Source of the DNA: Epiperipatus broadwayi
Taxonomy: Eukaryota; Animalia; Onychophora
NCBI GenBank assembly: GCA_028023455.1
Contig: JAQFVV010000008.1
Coordinates: forward strand, 17,980,001 to 18,044,000
Reading direction: 5' to 3'
Length of the DNA stretch: 64,000 nt
The notes under the pieces were generated by a model. The model saw nothing but the letters and a program-made list of their open reading frames with translations. It made no database searches and was not told the DNA's origin. Numbering within the stretch: position 1 is the first letter of the stretch; every line of letters begins with the position of its first letter. Positions 1 through 12,659 of the stretch are shown piece by piece. A program made the translations under genes and the position numbers.

Positions 1-199
1 GATATGTGTGGAAAAGAGACAGCACCCGTGAGATTAAATTCTAAGGTAAAATTTTTATTACGTATATCGTCAATAAAGACTATAATCTACTACTAGGGAG
101 AAATTGGTTTAATCCTTTAGGAATCCATGTAAATGTTATTAAGAGTTTAACTGGAAGCAGTAGTTAGATAGAAGTACCATCAGTTGTTTAAATCAGAAC

Positions 200-2330
200 C
201 AGCAGTTATCAACATGATCAGTCGGCAATGAACTAATAAAGGATACTCAACCAGTTGTAAACAAGCCACATTGCATTCAAGAAGAAAGCGAAAAACAATC
301 AACGGGATGGTTCATAAAAGCATATTAATACCAGTAGAAGATTCGCCCTGGGCTACTCCAGCAGTAGTTATTATGAAACCAGATAGAAATCTTCACCTAT
401 GTGGAGACTACCACATTATGCTGAATAAGTTTATTAATAAAGCAGCCTACCCCATTCCTAGTGTACATAAAGTACTAATACTGTTGCAAAAAGATTTAAA
501 GTCTGCTTTCCACAAAATCCCCATCACTGACTGGACAGCAGAATTACTAACATACTATTCATTTGGGACTTTACAAATGCAATCAGTTACCATAAGGCAT
601 TACAGTTGTGCCTAACATCTTCCAAACCAAAATGAATCATTTACTTCATGGCATGGAAGGCATTATCCCATATTTAGAGAACATTTTGGTTATTGGTTAA
701 ACTGAGCATGAACTACAATATATAATCTATTCCAAATTGGAGAAAATTGGAGCAATGTCAGAGATAAAGTTCTTATACCATGTAAATAATAAAAATGGAA
801 AATCACCTAGCCTGGACAAAGTAAAAACAATAAAAAATGAAACAATTACTTCATGGCATGGAAGGCACCATCCCAAATTTAGAGAACATATTGGTTACTA
901 GTGAATCCTGAGCATGAACTACATACGCTACATGTAGATAAAAGTCTGTTCCAAATAGGAGAAAATTGGAGCAATGTCAGAGATAAAGTTCTTAGGCCAT
1001 GTAATTAATAAAAATGGAAAATAATCTAACCTGGACAAAGTAAAAACAATAAAAAATGAAACATTTACTTCATGGCATGGAAGGCATTGAGAACATATTG
1101 GTTAATGGTGAATCCTGAGCATGAACAACAATTTATGTAATAAAAGTCTGTTCCAAATTGGAGCAATGTCAGAGATAAAGTTCTTAGGGCCACATAATTA
1201 ATAAAAATGGAAAATAATCTAATCTGGACAAAGTAAATGTAATAAAAAATGCTGAGCGACCAAAGAATGTAAAGATTTGCAGGCATTTTAAGCCTATTTA
1301 ATTCTTTTGAGAGTTTCTGCAAAGGAAAGCCTCGTGTGTTATCGCTTTTATATAAATTATTTAAAAAATGTCAATAATGGAAATGGTCATAAGTACAAAT
1401 ATTACCTTTCAGAAGGCTAGACTTATTTATATCAAAGCTCCTCATATATTATCATAGCAACCTGAATATAATTGCAACAGATGCATTGGAATGTGGTATC
1501 GACATTGTAATTTCCACCATTGATATGGAGAATATTCTATAGCTTATGCCTTGAGAACATCAAGCAGCTGAGAAAAATTACAATCAGCTCAACAAAGAAC
1601 CTTTAGCTACAATTTTCGCAATAAAAAAAGTTCCATCAATAATATTTATAAATGAAAATTAAATTCAAATTTGTATAGATCATCAGCCACTACAAGGAAT
1701 ATTCGGCACTGATAAAAAAATTCCAGAATATATAAGCTGTCATATGCTATGCTGAATAAATATACTAGTGGATATGATTATGAACTGGTATAGAAACCTG
1801 GAAAGCAGATTGGACCCCAGATATTTAATCACGCCTGCCTGATACTAATAAAGCACCAGCTGAATTATTAATGTGTACAAAATTCCATACTCATTTTTCT
1901 AAATTATTGCCAACTACCATAAAAATTTAAGACTCTATGGATTATGAAAATCTTAAAAGTAGGAGAAAGTATTTGGATACATATCTTAAAAAATAAATGG
2001 CTATCAGCAGAAATATTAAAAATTTTATCTAAGCAAATAAGATTAATACAATTGGATAACAAAAAAGTTTAATAGACATATAAATTATTTATGACACAAT
2101 GAAAATAGAACTCCAGATGTAGATAATGTGTTAAATCCACAAATGTTGACATAGAGGAGCAAACTATGGATATAGACCAGGCTCGTATAAATGACCCAAT
2201 CAGGGATCAAGCTACTGAACCAACAGAAAATTGTATTAAACTAGCATGCTCCAATAAGACAGGATTATAACTTCACATGAAGAGGAAAATACTTTTTCTC
2301 AAAAGAGCACGTGTATGCGGAAAAACTGAA
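200..2330 (+). mobile_element. Decayed Ty3/Gypsy LTR-retrotransposon pol (RT and RNase H remnants)
   Basis: ORF 271-615 reads PVEDSPWATPAVVIMKPDRNLHLCGDY...YPIP, typical of Gypsy RT. Near 640-690 it reads LLHGMEGIIPYLENILV (degenerate YLDD). Near 1565-1710 it reads AEKNYNQLNKEPLATIFAIKK and DHQPLQGIFG (RNase H). Multiple stops and frameshifts. Confidence 0.8.
629..1250 (+). repeat. Tandem triplication (~205-220 bp period) inside the Gypsy RT
   Basis: TTACTTCATGGCATGGAAGG...CTGAGCATGAAC...GGAGCAATGTCAGAGATAAAGTTCTTA...CCTGGACAAAGTAAA recurs starting near 641, 847 and 1066. Confidence 0.9.
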
Positions 2331-3086
2331 AAATTAGAGAATATGTATGTGAATAAGAACATTATTTTTACAATGAGAGAAAGTGGAGAGATGGATTGTC
2401 AGTGCCAGTGGAGAGATGGATTGTCAGTGCCTGTATTATCTATATATATGAATGTAAATAAAGCTATTTATTAAATCATGCAAATATGTGCACAGTATAT
2501 GAATAATATTTCATTATTATGCTACTCTAAAAAATTACATATGCAAATCATACATATTAACAATCAATATGCTAATTGCAAATAATTAGGCAAAAATGAA
2601 CTTATAAAAAAACCCCACTAAGACTTGTTTGTATGTGTGTGTAAGGAAGCGAATAGTTATAAGTATGTTTCACATATTACATTAGCAGTGGATAGTCTGC
2701 ATATTGTTGATATGATAACTGTCAAAAATAAGGTTTATTGTTCATAACATTTATATATATATTGCAGTCATAGAAGAATTAGTGTTTGAAAAACCATTTA
2801 AAATACAAGGCAACAGATTATAAATATTTACAGCGTGTGTGTAAAAATTGACATACATGCATAAGCTTGTTTGTAGATTTTAGAAATTTCTAATTGTTCT
2901 ATACTGTATACTTTTTTTTCTATTTTGTTACTGACATAAAATAAATTTGTTTTGCTATCTCAAATTTGCATTTGAGTTTGTTTAGTTATCTATGATCTCT
3001 TAACTAGTATTGAGAAGAATATCCTTGAGATATAGCAAGAGAGAAACAAAGAGTGAAAAAAAAATTTAAAAAAAACAAAACAAATA

Positions 3087-3930
3087 TAGGCAGTCCCCTA
3101 GTTACGAACTTAATTGGTTCATGACGTGCTTGGAAGTTGAAATTGTTTGAAAGTAGAGGTACGTAAAAAAAAACATCAAAAAAGGTTTTCAAATACAGCA
3201 TTTATTTTTTATTGATTACTATCTGGAGTTTTGTTTACAAATTTATCAAATGTATTCTTTTTCTTTTCTTGATAAAGAATTCTTTAACATTCTGTCTTTT
3301 TTTATTGCCCTTCATACATGAGATATATGTTTTCCATTGGGATCACATTCTTCCATGAAGGTCAAAAATTTGTCAAGATGCATGAAGGCTTCACTCATAT
3401 TCTTGATTGTCATGCATGAAGGCTTCATTCATATTCTTGATTGTCAAACTCTTAACAATAAATTCATTATCAGATTCTTCTTCATTTTATATTTCATTCA
3501 TCTCTTGTAGTTAAATCAAGTCTTCATTTGACAGAGATTCTGAGTGAGATTGCATTAACTCATCAATATCTTCATCAGTGACATTGCTTGCTACAAATTC
3601 AACATCAGAGTCTTCTTTTAATTCTTTTTCCCAATCTTCATGCAAACTAAGAGCCTTAGCTTGAATAACTGATAAACTCACTGGGATGCCTTTTTGATGT
3701 TGATCTATTCTCCATTTCATCCATTACTCTGCCATGTCTTTTCGAAACAATCTTGGAAGAAATATTTCCACAATTTTTAACATACATGAACAAAAGATTC
3801 ACTATTTATTTTTGTCTTGACCGTTTGGAGTTTATGAGACCTTGATTTCTTTTTGGTTGTATCAATATTGCTGTTTTTTTGTTTCTCACTCATGTTGTCA
3901 CCAGACTACTTTCATGCTTATGGCTTTCAT
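3087..3930 (-). mobile_element. Internally deleted Tigger/pogo DNA transposon
   Basis: Starts with TA + TAGGCAGTCCCCTAGTTACGAAC, a Tigger-type TIR. ORF 3511-3720 fuses a CENP-B-type HTH segment (DQHQKGIPVSLSVIQAKALSL) to a Tigger C-terminal segment (DEDIDELMQSHSESLSNEDLI). The right end was not located. Confidence 0.7.
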
Positions 3931-4699
3931 TAGTAAGGATCTTGGAGTGTACCACCTGGAATTTTAGGACCTAACATAGCCTTCTCCCAACTAATATCAT
4001 TTACCTCTACATTATACTATCAAACTATCAACCCAAACTGAAAAACATATAAATGTTTTTAATTTAAGCCAACTTGGTTGTATAGTCATATAGACAGTTT
4101 CTATATATTATGGCATCCTTATATTTTTATAACTGTAAACACATATTCTGTGGCCAGGATTTGCTATAAACCAATAAACTATCATGTGGACTAAACAATA
4201 TTATCTGACATTATTTATTAATGCTTATTTTAAGTAGCATAGAAAAGATGAAAAAATACACTGCTAAAACAATAACAGTTTCTTTTTTTATATTGCTTGT
4301 CTTTGTGACTTTTTATTAAAAAACTTTGAAGTCATAACATACACATACAAAAATGCAGCAATAGCATTATATTAGCCTGCCATGCTTAAAACTGGATTTG
4401 AATCCAAATTTAGAATTTTTATTTACGATAGTTAATCCATCCAATATTTATTTAGAAACAGATATCTAGCTATTTTTTTACTTAGAGCACAAAACAAGGA
4501 TGGAAAACTGTATAAACCATCACCATTTGGCAATTACTAAATCTGGTAAGAAGCACCTTGTTAACTACTCTACATCAGGGATCAACATAACATTACTGGG
4601 GGTTGATGGAAAAAACTGATTAAAAAACATAAATATAATTATATATAATGTTTTTGAATATTGTTTCAATTAATTTAATACCGTTTGTTTACCAGTAAA

Positions 4700-5270
4700 A
4701 ATTACACAACTCCCCACTGCTTACTCAGTATAGTTACCAGTCTATGTTTAAAATGGCTACAGATGCACAGAGCCAGAGGAAATTGCCAAACCTGTGCTCT
4801 GTATTACCCAAAACATAGCTTACAGCATAATATATATCAAGCATTCGCAGTACGCTGACATTATTAGCATCTCTACAGCAGTTTCACCATAAATGAAATG
4901 ATACCTGTGAGAAAACTTTTACAAATGATATAATGATGCCGGCTAAAGTGAAAGATCATCTTGAGAGAGTTCATTCTGATAAAAAGGATAAAGATCTTGA
5001 GTTTTTAAAAAAACCTAATGCAGGCAACAGTCAGGGCATCTTTATCTAATTGTCTATGGTTTTTTCCAGCAAATGTTGAGGTCCTCAAGGCATATGCTAA
5101 CAGACATGTGCAATTTGACCAAATATAAAAAGTTTTATGAAGCCATCTGCTATAGTTGAAATTGAGGGAACATTAAACTACTAAAAATAAATTTTGTGGA
5201 GGTCGATAAGAGGTTTTTAAAGATTTTTAGGGGGTCGATAATCAAAAAAGTTTGGCAACACTTGCTCTAC
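4700..5270 (+). mobile_element. hAT (Buster/Charlie-like) transposon remnant
   Basis: About 4935-5010 translates MPAKVKDHLERVHSDKKDKDLEFL, resembling the ZBED5/SCAND3-type N-terminal zinc-finger region. Confidence 0.5.
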
Positions 5271-5389
5271 ATCAATGTTGTTAAATATTTTTAAAATAAC
5301 CATTTTGCAAATGCTCTATTCAAGTAATTATGTAAGCTGAAACTGTTGGACCAGTTTAATAGATTGTCTAGATGTTTACATTAGACTAG

Positions 5390-6650
5390 TCTGCAGTTCT
5401 AAAACTTAGCAAAGAACTAACTAAACCAAATTATTCTCAAGCACGCATGGATTTTATCATAGCCATTTCTATCTCGGCTAGACAACATCTTAGCTGCATT
5501 TAATAATCAACCTTATAATATGACTGTGAGATTGCCTATGGATCTTCCCGTCAATGGCATCATTTCCAGCCTATATCTAAATCACTTTGAAAATAAAATC
5601 ATTTCATCACACCCAGAACACCTTCCAGATCTTGTATACACATTATGTCAATGACATTTTCATTGCCGGATCAGAACCTTTAATTCAAAATATTAAAGCA
5701 AATGTACAGAGCCACTCAGCTTTGCTGCTTACAATAGATTGAGAAGACTCATGCCAATGTCACATATACTTAGATTTAATAGTACAAAGAAATATATCTC
5801 ACCTTAATTACTCCAATCAAGTTAAACTGCTCAAAATTCATGAATTCCTGCACCCTAATTCAATCCTCAATCTCACAAAATAGCAGGTCTATCCTCCTTC
5901 CTATTCGACAACCATGCTCTATGTAAACACGATCATCTCGCAAAGCAAACACAGAATTAAACCTCAAAGATTTGATATTTATTGAATTCTAAGTCTCCTA
6001 GAAAAAAATAAAAATAATAATTTTGCAACAAATTAAATTCTAACCCTCCCCCAAATGATGAGAGACCATGGCTTCTCTTGCCATACATTCCTTTATTAGC
6101 AAAAACTTTTAATAAAAAACATTCTCCAACTTATTGCCTTGCTTTCGATACCCCCCAATCTACCAATAGATCACTTAACAACTCCAAGGATAGGCTTGAA
6201 CCTGTACTCACCCCTAGCACTGTTTATAAAATTAAAAGCCCCCAAACCAGATGCCAATCAATCTATTATTATGAAACATCTTACACACCATCAATATCTA
6301 TACAAAAGAGCATCAGACAAACTAGAACACAGCTCTATCTTCCTAGAGCATCAAAAGGTGACAGGATACCAATTTATTCCTTGTCCTGCAACTATTCAAT
6401 ACATAGAAAGAAATGACTTAAAGAGAAAAATCAGAGAAAAATGCTATATATACAACAACAATAATGCTATCAATTGCAAAGATTTCATTCTTCCCTTTCT
6501 CCAAGAAATGGATGCTCTAATCTAAATAATTAACTTTATAATTTAAATAAATTTGAATTCCATCAACTGAATATACATACATATTCATCTCTCCATTATT
6601 TTGCTATAAATGTGAAAAAATTATAAGTTCTCAAAAGCGCTTAGCCATAT
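5390..6650 (+). mobile_element. Decayed Penelope-like element (RT + GIY-YIG) with degenerate 3' hammerhead
   Basis: About 5530-5600 reads LPMDLPVNGIISSLYLNHFENKI (PLE GxPMGSPxS motif); ~5635-5665 reads YTHYVNDIFI (YVDD). ORF 6139-6525 ends in the GIY-YIG C-terminus (HQKVTGY...KRKIREKCYI...NAIN). A degraded HHR GCTA...AAAAGCGCTTAGC lies at ~6603-6646. Confidence 0.75.
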
Positions 6651-7690
6651 AATTTTAAAGAACTAATAAACTTCTCTATTAATCCATGTAAACCCACATA
6701 TTAAGTCTGTTACATTTAATATATGAAAAGTATAAACTCTTAATTCTTCATTATATATCAGTATTGATAATATTGTGAATGCAAAAATAGTTAATGTCAT
6801 GCTCAAGACATAATTTATATTTTGAAGCTTATCACAGAAATGTTTGATGAAATGGTAAAAAAACAAAAACCATACACTCTATTGTTATATTAAACAACTT
6901 TAAAAACATATATGGCATATAATATAATGAAAATATCAACATTTTTATAAAATGGTATAATATAGCTTTAAATCCAACTCAGTTTCTTATTATATGCTTG
7001 ATTCAAAATGAATCAATAATGCTAACTTCAAACAAGGATATGATTTGCAAGCTCTTAAGTATAAATCAATTTTTTTACCTACCTTTAATAAAGTAAAGTT
7101 GTAGGGACAATTTCTACATTATAAAAAAAAAACATTTTTTTCAATGAATCTATGTTGATACAAGCATTAGCTTGAGGATGATGGGAAAACGAAAAAAGCA
7201 CTAGTAAAACAATAATCTTAATGCTTTCCCCATTATTGAATAACTTCTGATCATAGCGTAAAAAGAATTTTTTCTTCTTTTTATATAATTCAATCTTGAA
7301 GCTTTGAAAGAGACTGAACTGAAAACTTCTAAACTAATTTTTAATTAAAGCGTTTAATGTCAATATTAATATATGCTTAACTTTTTTGTGTCTGTATTTC
7401 TTTGAAAATGCTTTTGCATTTTGTAAATAATAAACATTAATTTATTTTCAATTTCTTCTATTTCTGAGTGTATTTTATATATTTTATTATAGAAAGACAA
7501 AAATCATATCAAACTCTAATAATGTGGGCATTATTAATATCAAGAGAATATTGAAACATGGTTGCTAAAACCTTAAAATGTTTCAGAATATTAAAAACAG
7601 GCAGGATTCAAGTTATCATTAAAAATTTATTTGGGGTGGGGAATCTGCTCACCCCCCCCCAAAGAAAAAAAAACTGTTTAAACTAAAATA

Positions 7691-8503
7691 CAGATGGTCC
7701 CGTACTTTTGTACCTATTTGCTTTTTGAAATGTGTATGAAAGATGAAATGTACAAAAGTAGAGCAACATAAAAAAACTATTAAAAAGAATTTTCAAAATA
7801 CATGTATATATATATTTCTGCTAAGTATTATGTTTCCATTTTTATAAAAAAATTCAAATTCTTAATATATAATAAATTTTCATACTTTGAAAATATTTTT
7901 TATTTAAACTTTTTTTTTTTTTTGAGAAAAAAATGAGGCTAAATACAGTATATAGACACATACAAATATTAAAAAAAGTTTAAAAGCAAAATGAAGATTT
8001 AATTTGGAAATATTCCTTTCTTTTGTTCTTGTTTTTCATGATTGAACTTATTGTCGATTGGCGTAAATTATACGAACAATTGATTGATGCAAAAAATTCA
8101 CCATCTTCGTCTTATTCATATAGAGATTATGAGATCTTGATTTCTTTTTGCCCATATCAACAGTGCTGTTTTTGTTTTTCACTCATGTTTATGAATTAAT
8201 AAGGATAAATATTTTCATCAAAACAAAAATGTACATAAAAGTGATAGCATACTTTCTAACATAATTGACAAGAACACACATGCCAACTCAAAACATCTCT
8301 GCTCAAGACTGAAACTGTGATGCCAAAAATGGACATATATTAATGTCAGAGAAGTGGGGAAAAACTAGTGACTAATAGTCCATGAGAAAGGGAGAATCAT
8401 TATATAAAAATATGCGTGTTTTGTCATATATATCGATAAAAATCGAAAGTACAAAATAGTGAATTGTACGAAAGTAGAATATACAAAAGTAGAGAACTGC
8501 CTA
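7691..8503 (-). mobile_element. Tigger-like non-autonomous element
   Basis: Imperfect TIRs (CAGATGGTCCCGTACTTTTGTA at the left, TACAAAAGTAGAGAACTGCCTA at the right) flanked by TA. Internal 8120-8190 is homologous to 3830-3900 of the Tigger above. Confidence 0.55.
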
Positions 8504-8699
8504 TAACTGTTTTTTTTTTAAAAAAAATCTAGTTTGTCTCCCAACTTTGATCTCTCATTTCTTATTCTTCAGTCTCCTACAATCTTTTCTCTCCTAATTT
8601 TATATTCTTTTTCTACTATTTTCATAGTATATAGTATATATAAGTGCTTTAACATGCTGAAAAAGCTGTCAGTAATAACCAAAAACAATTAAATCAAAT

Positions 8700-9000
8700 T
8701 AATCTAGGCCTAGTACTTTCGAGGTTTTTCTCTCATATTCATGGTCAAAATAGATAAACCATTGCTATAATATTACTAATTAACAATGTATGCAAATGCG
8801 TATGTAAATTAATTAGTCCATTTTCTTGAAATAGCAAACCACATGTCGCATCTATTGATCGCGTTGTTATCATTGATAATAAAATATGCCTCTTTGATCT
8901 TTCTTTTACAATTGTTGGCTTCAGAGCATACTATTTTCATAATAAATGATTTGTAACTCATTAATGTTTGAAACTTAACCTATACATCTGAATAAATACC
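8700..9000 (-). mobile_element. 3' fragment of a Penelope-like element
   Basis: The minus strand reads IVCSEANNCKRKIKEAYFIINDNNAINRCD (GIY-YIG C-terminus), followed downstream by an HHR motif. Confidence 0.65.
8707..8746 (-). ncRNA. Minimal type I hammerhead ribozyme motif, A3-U8 core variant
   Basis: Minus strand: gacc AUGAAUA u gag agaaaaac cuc GAAA guac UA/ggcc. It has a 3-bp stem II, a palindromic stem III (AGUACU) and a short stem I with one mismatch, and sits 3' of the PLE endonuclease remnant. Confidence 0.6.
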
Positions 9001-9149
9001 AATTTCTCAGAATCAACATTATCATTTACATAATTACGATTTATCATCAAAAGTGAAAAAAAATTTAATCCATTATGCTGTTTTTAAATATATTTAAATA
9101 TCATACGATACAATATAAAATAACATATCTTTATATAACAGCAATAATT

Positions 9150-9370
9150 ACATATATGTGATAACAATAATAATACATAAAAGTTCTTTTTGGCAAATAT
9201 TAATTATTGCCTTTTTCAATGTTGTTGGAACTATTTTAAAATCACAATCTACATTGCATACATAGCAACAATGTAGAAGATTGTTATTATAAAATAGTTC
9301 CAACACATTGAAAAAGGCAAAACATCAATATTTGTTGAAAAAAACCTATAAATAAATGACTCATATATGT
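9150..9370. repeat. Imperfect inverted repeat centred near 9262
   Basis: TTGCCTTTTTCAATG(TT)GTTGGAACTATTTT on the left pairs with AAAATAGTTCCAACACATTGAAAAAGGCAA on the right, with looser pairing outward. Confidence 0.75.
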
Positions 9371-9380
9371 AAATAAATAT

Positions 9381-9485
9381 AGTAAATCACCATCTTCCAG
9401 GCTATGTTTTAAAAGCACTCGAAATGTTGAACAAAGAATCATATTGAGACTGCTTTCAAGTTATAGCCTGGGGAAGTGATTTACT
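9381..9485. repeat. Short hairpin / MITE-like inverted repeat
   Basis: AGTAAATCAC-CATCTT-CCAGGCTAT (9381-9405) pairs with ATAGCCTGG-GGAA-GTGATTTACT (9463-9485). Confidence 0.7.
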
Positions 9486-10088
9486 CCCTTTGTTTACATA
9501 TACATTGAGCTATGAATAATTTCAAGTTTATACAGTATATAAATAAATAACTCATTATATTATTGTTATTATATATATACAATTATTGTTGTTATATATA
9601 AAAAAATTATTTTATATTATTTCATATGATTAATTACTATTTAAAAAATTATATTTTATTTTTATTTTGCTATTGTCTTCAGATTCTTACATTCTTTCAA
9701 CCATTTCCCTACATTTTCCCTAATTCTTTTCATATCTAATAGGTACCTACTTTATTCTATTCATTGTTATTAATATAGCCAAGTATTTAGTCTTAGTTTT
9801 AGAAGGAACTTTATTCAAGGAAAAATATATCTACAGATATTTCAGTTTTTTTTTAAAAAAAAAACTAATCAAAAAATATTACAATAAGTATTTTCAAAAC
9901 CATTCAGTGAATTATACTATTATTAAAAACATTTATAATAAAATAGGAAGCAGAAAATGTCTGATGGGATGATTTTTTTATTTCCTTGTTTTGTAAAATA
10001 GGCACCAGAAAATACATCTCACTAGAGGTTAGAGTAGTGATGGACAAGTGACCAAGTGGCTGCGAAAATGTCTGATGGGGTGATTTTT

Positions 10089-10760
10089 TTATCTCTTTGT
10101 TTTGTTGTCTCTCATTTGTTTTAAATGTATTAAAATTTCTTGCATTACCCTTGTGTAAAAATAAGTGCACCTAGTCACAATAATACATATAGTATAAATA
10201 TTGTACTTCTTATTTCTGCGTAGCAGGCATTTGGAAAATACTCTATAATTGAGCTTATAGTGGCATTTTTGTTTCTGATAAATTTTTATAATATAAGATC
10301 GAGTGTATTGTAGGCTACTACACTCAAAGAATATATGTTTTTGGTTCTCTTCTGATCTGTGGCATAACTCACATATAGTGTCAATGTTAAATATGTTTCT
10401 CTTATATCTCATTAAATATAATGTTATTAATAACCACATGTTCATTTTAAATAAAAAATAAAAAAATTTGGCCTTCAGTGTCCAATACTTAAATCTACAT
10501 ATTAGCTGCATATTATTAATACCTAGCAATGGCAAGTCTAAGTTATAATTTGTGTTTATGTGCAGAAGTACATATGTATATGTATTTGAGTAGCACCATT
10601 TGTCTTGTGGGAAAGTTATATAAGGGTTAGATATTTATTTAATAGGTTCTAAAATTTATGCAGATATTTTGTGTATGGAGGAGGTTTGACTGTAAATATT
10701 ATTTTAAGAGTGACTTCTAGATGTGGGTATATTCTTGTCATGGATGATAAAAGATTAATA
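10089..10760 (-). mobile_element. Non-LTR retrotransposon ORF2 C-terminal (CCHC zinc finger) remnant
   Basis: ORF 10089-10535 contains ICELCHRSEENQKHIFFECSSL (CX2CX7HX4C, zf-RVT-like). Confidence 0.7.
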
Positions 10761-10769
10761 GTCATTAGA

Positions 10770-11500
10770 AAAAACAACAATACCAAAATCAATATTATAT
10801 TTCCTCATAAACTAGCTAATTAATAGAGAAATATACATAACTCTAAATGGGAAAATGTCTTCCTTTTAATCTACATCAATCAATCCCACAAGGGTCGCCG
10901 CTTAGTGCATTGCTATTCACCACGTACATAAATCCTTAATAAAAAAGAAAAATGGCTCCTAGCAATCTATATACCCACACTTGATTGTAATGTAGCCTGC
11001 ATAGCCTATATGGATATATAACATATTACATGAATATACTTGCACCTATAAACTAGAATTTAATCTTGATAAAACATGTGCATGGTGTATATATACAGGC
11101 AAAACACATACAAATGTATTTCAGGGTAAAACTATAGCCTATTTAGGATTCCCTTTTCACTTGAGTTACATGGCTATGCAAAGGCAAATACAAAACAAAG
11201 TAATTCAAACAACAGAACACACCATATCCTCCCTCTCAAAAGCACATCTTTCTCTATTCGAAAGTATCACTTATAAACATTCTGATTATTACAAAAATTA
11301 TTTATTATGATTATAGTCTTCACAAAATCCTTTACATCAAAGATTTATTCACTGTGTAGAAAACGTTTATGGGGAAGAAAAATAGTGGCCATCTCACCCA
11401 AGTATTTATTCTTACAATACATTTTAAAATACAAAAATTGACGACTCTTGGGTGGTAGTACTTAAACATGGGAAACAATACTTCTATTGTATAGGTTTTC
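10770..11500 (+). mobile_element. Non-LTR retrotransposon RT remnant
   Basis: 10883-10933 reads IPQGSPLSALLFTTYIN; 11004-11015 reads AYMD (degenerate YxDD); KLEFNLDKT and YLGFPF follow. Confidence 0.75.
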
Positions 11501-12598
11501 TTTAATTTTTCCCAATATCTTTGTTGACAATATTTTTTTCAAACTTTATACACACATATATATAAAACAAGTACCCATTTTTTAAATATAAAATAATTTT
11601 AATATTTAATATATAAAATATAATAGAACACTAATTTTAAATTTAATTATAATTTAAAATCTACATATAAATAAAATAAAATATATTACAGCAATTTTAT
11701 TTAACACCTTAGAAAGAAAAAAAACTAAACATATAACTTAAAATAAACAGTTAATTTATCTATTTTTACACAACAATAAAACAGAAATATTTTTGCAACA
11801 CTGCAAATAATAAAATTATTAATATTTCCCCCCCATAAATATGTAAATAAAACTTTATACAAATGGCTTATTAAAGTTTATGATATAGCTTGAAAATTGA
11901 GATGCTAAAATAAATTATGTTAAAAGAATGATAATCAGTGGCAAACTACTACTAATTATGATCCACTGTTGTCACTTAGAAATAGTAATCTGTTTCTTAA
12001 TACCACCAATCAATCTATGAGAAGAGATTCTAACATACACATATATTTTTTAAATATTTATATATTGCATTTGCTTTATATTTATAAAATCATCTCTTTT
12101 TTATTGGCACTGATTCTAAAATAGTACAATTGTTTAATTATTTCAATATTTTGGTCTACTTTTTCAATATTTTATTTTAATCCTTTCATTAAAAGCATTG
12201 AAATATTGGTACACAAAGTCTACTTAACTAAATTAATCAGATTTTTTTATTGACAGCCAAAATATTTTGAAATTCTTATCAATTTGCTTGGGCAATTATC
12301 ATTTTTCTATGATAATCTTTGAAATCAACAAAATTGTAATATAGCAAAAATAAATTAATTCAAAGATGTCTATAATGAATATTAATGCTAATTCACAAAT
12401 GAAAATCTTTAGAATGCCCAAACTCAAAAAAAAAAAAAAAAAAAAGGAGAAAAAAAGTGACATATTAAATAGTGTTATTAGACATTATATCATATTAAAA
12501 CAGGCAAAACTCACTACACGTATTGCTACACACAGCAAGCTAGAGTAATCAATGGATGCCAGAAGACTTGTGCATAAAATCCCCATCTAGTGCCTACT

Positions 12599-12659
12599 CA
12601 TCCAATATCCCCAGACTAGTTTCTGGCTTGTGGCCTTCATCAGTGAGGAGCCTTGGATC
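12599..12659 (-). ncRNA. Minimal type I hammerhead ribozyme (F1), core intact
   Basis: Minus strand: auccaa ggc uccuca CUGAUGA a ggc cacaa gcc a GAAAC UA GUC/ugggga ua uuggau. Stem I has 6 bp plus a distal extension, stem II 3 bp, and stem III carries the palindrome ACUAGU. Confidence 0.85.

Noticed and set aside
5036-5060. QLDKD on the minus strand resembling NOP56 LDQLDKD
   Set aside because: The flanking residues do not match NOP56, and it lies within the hAT remnant.
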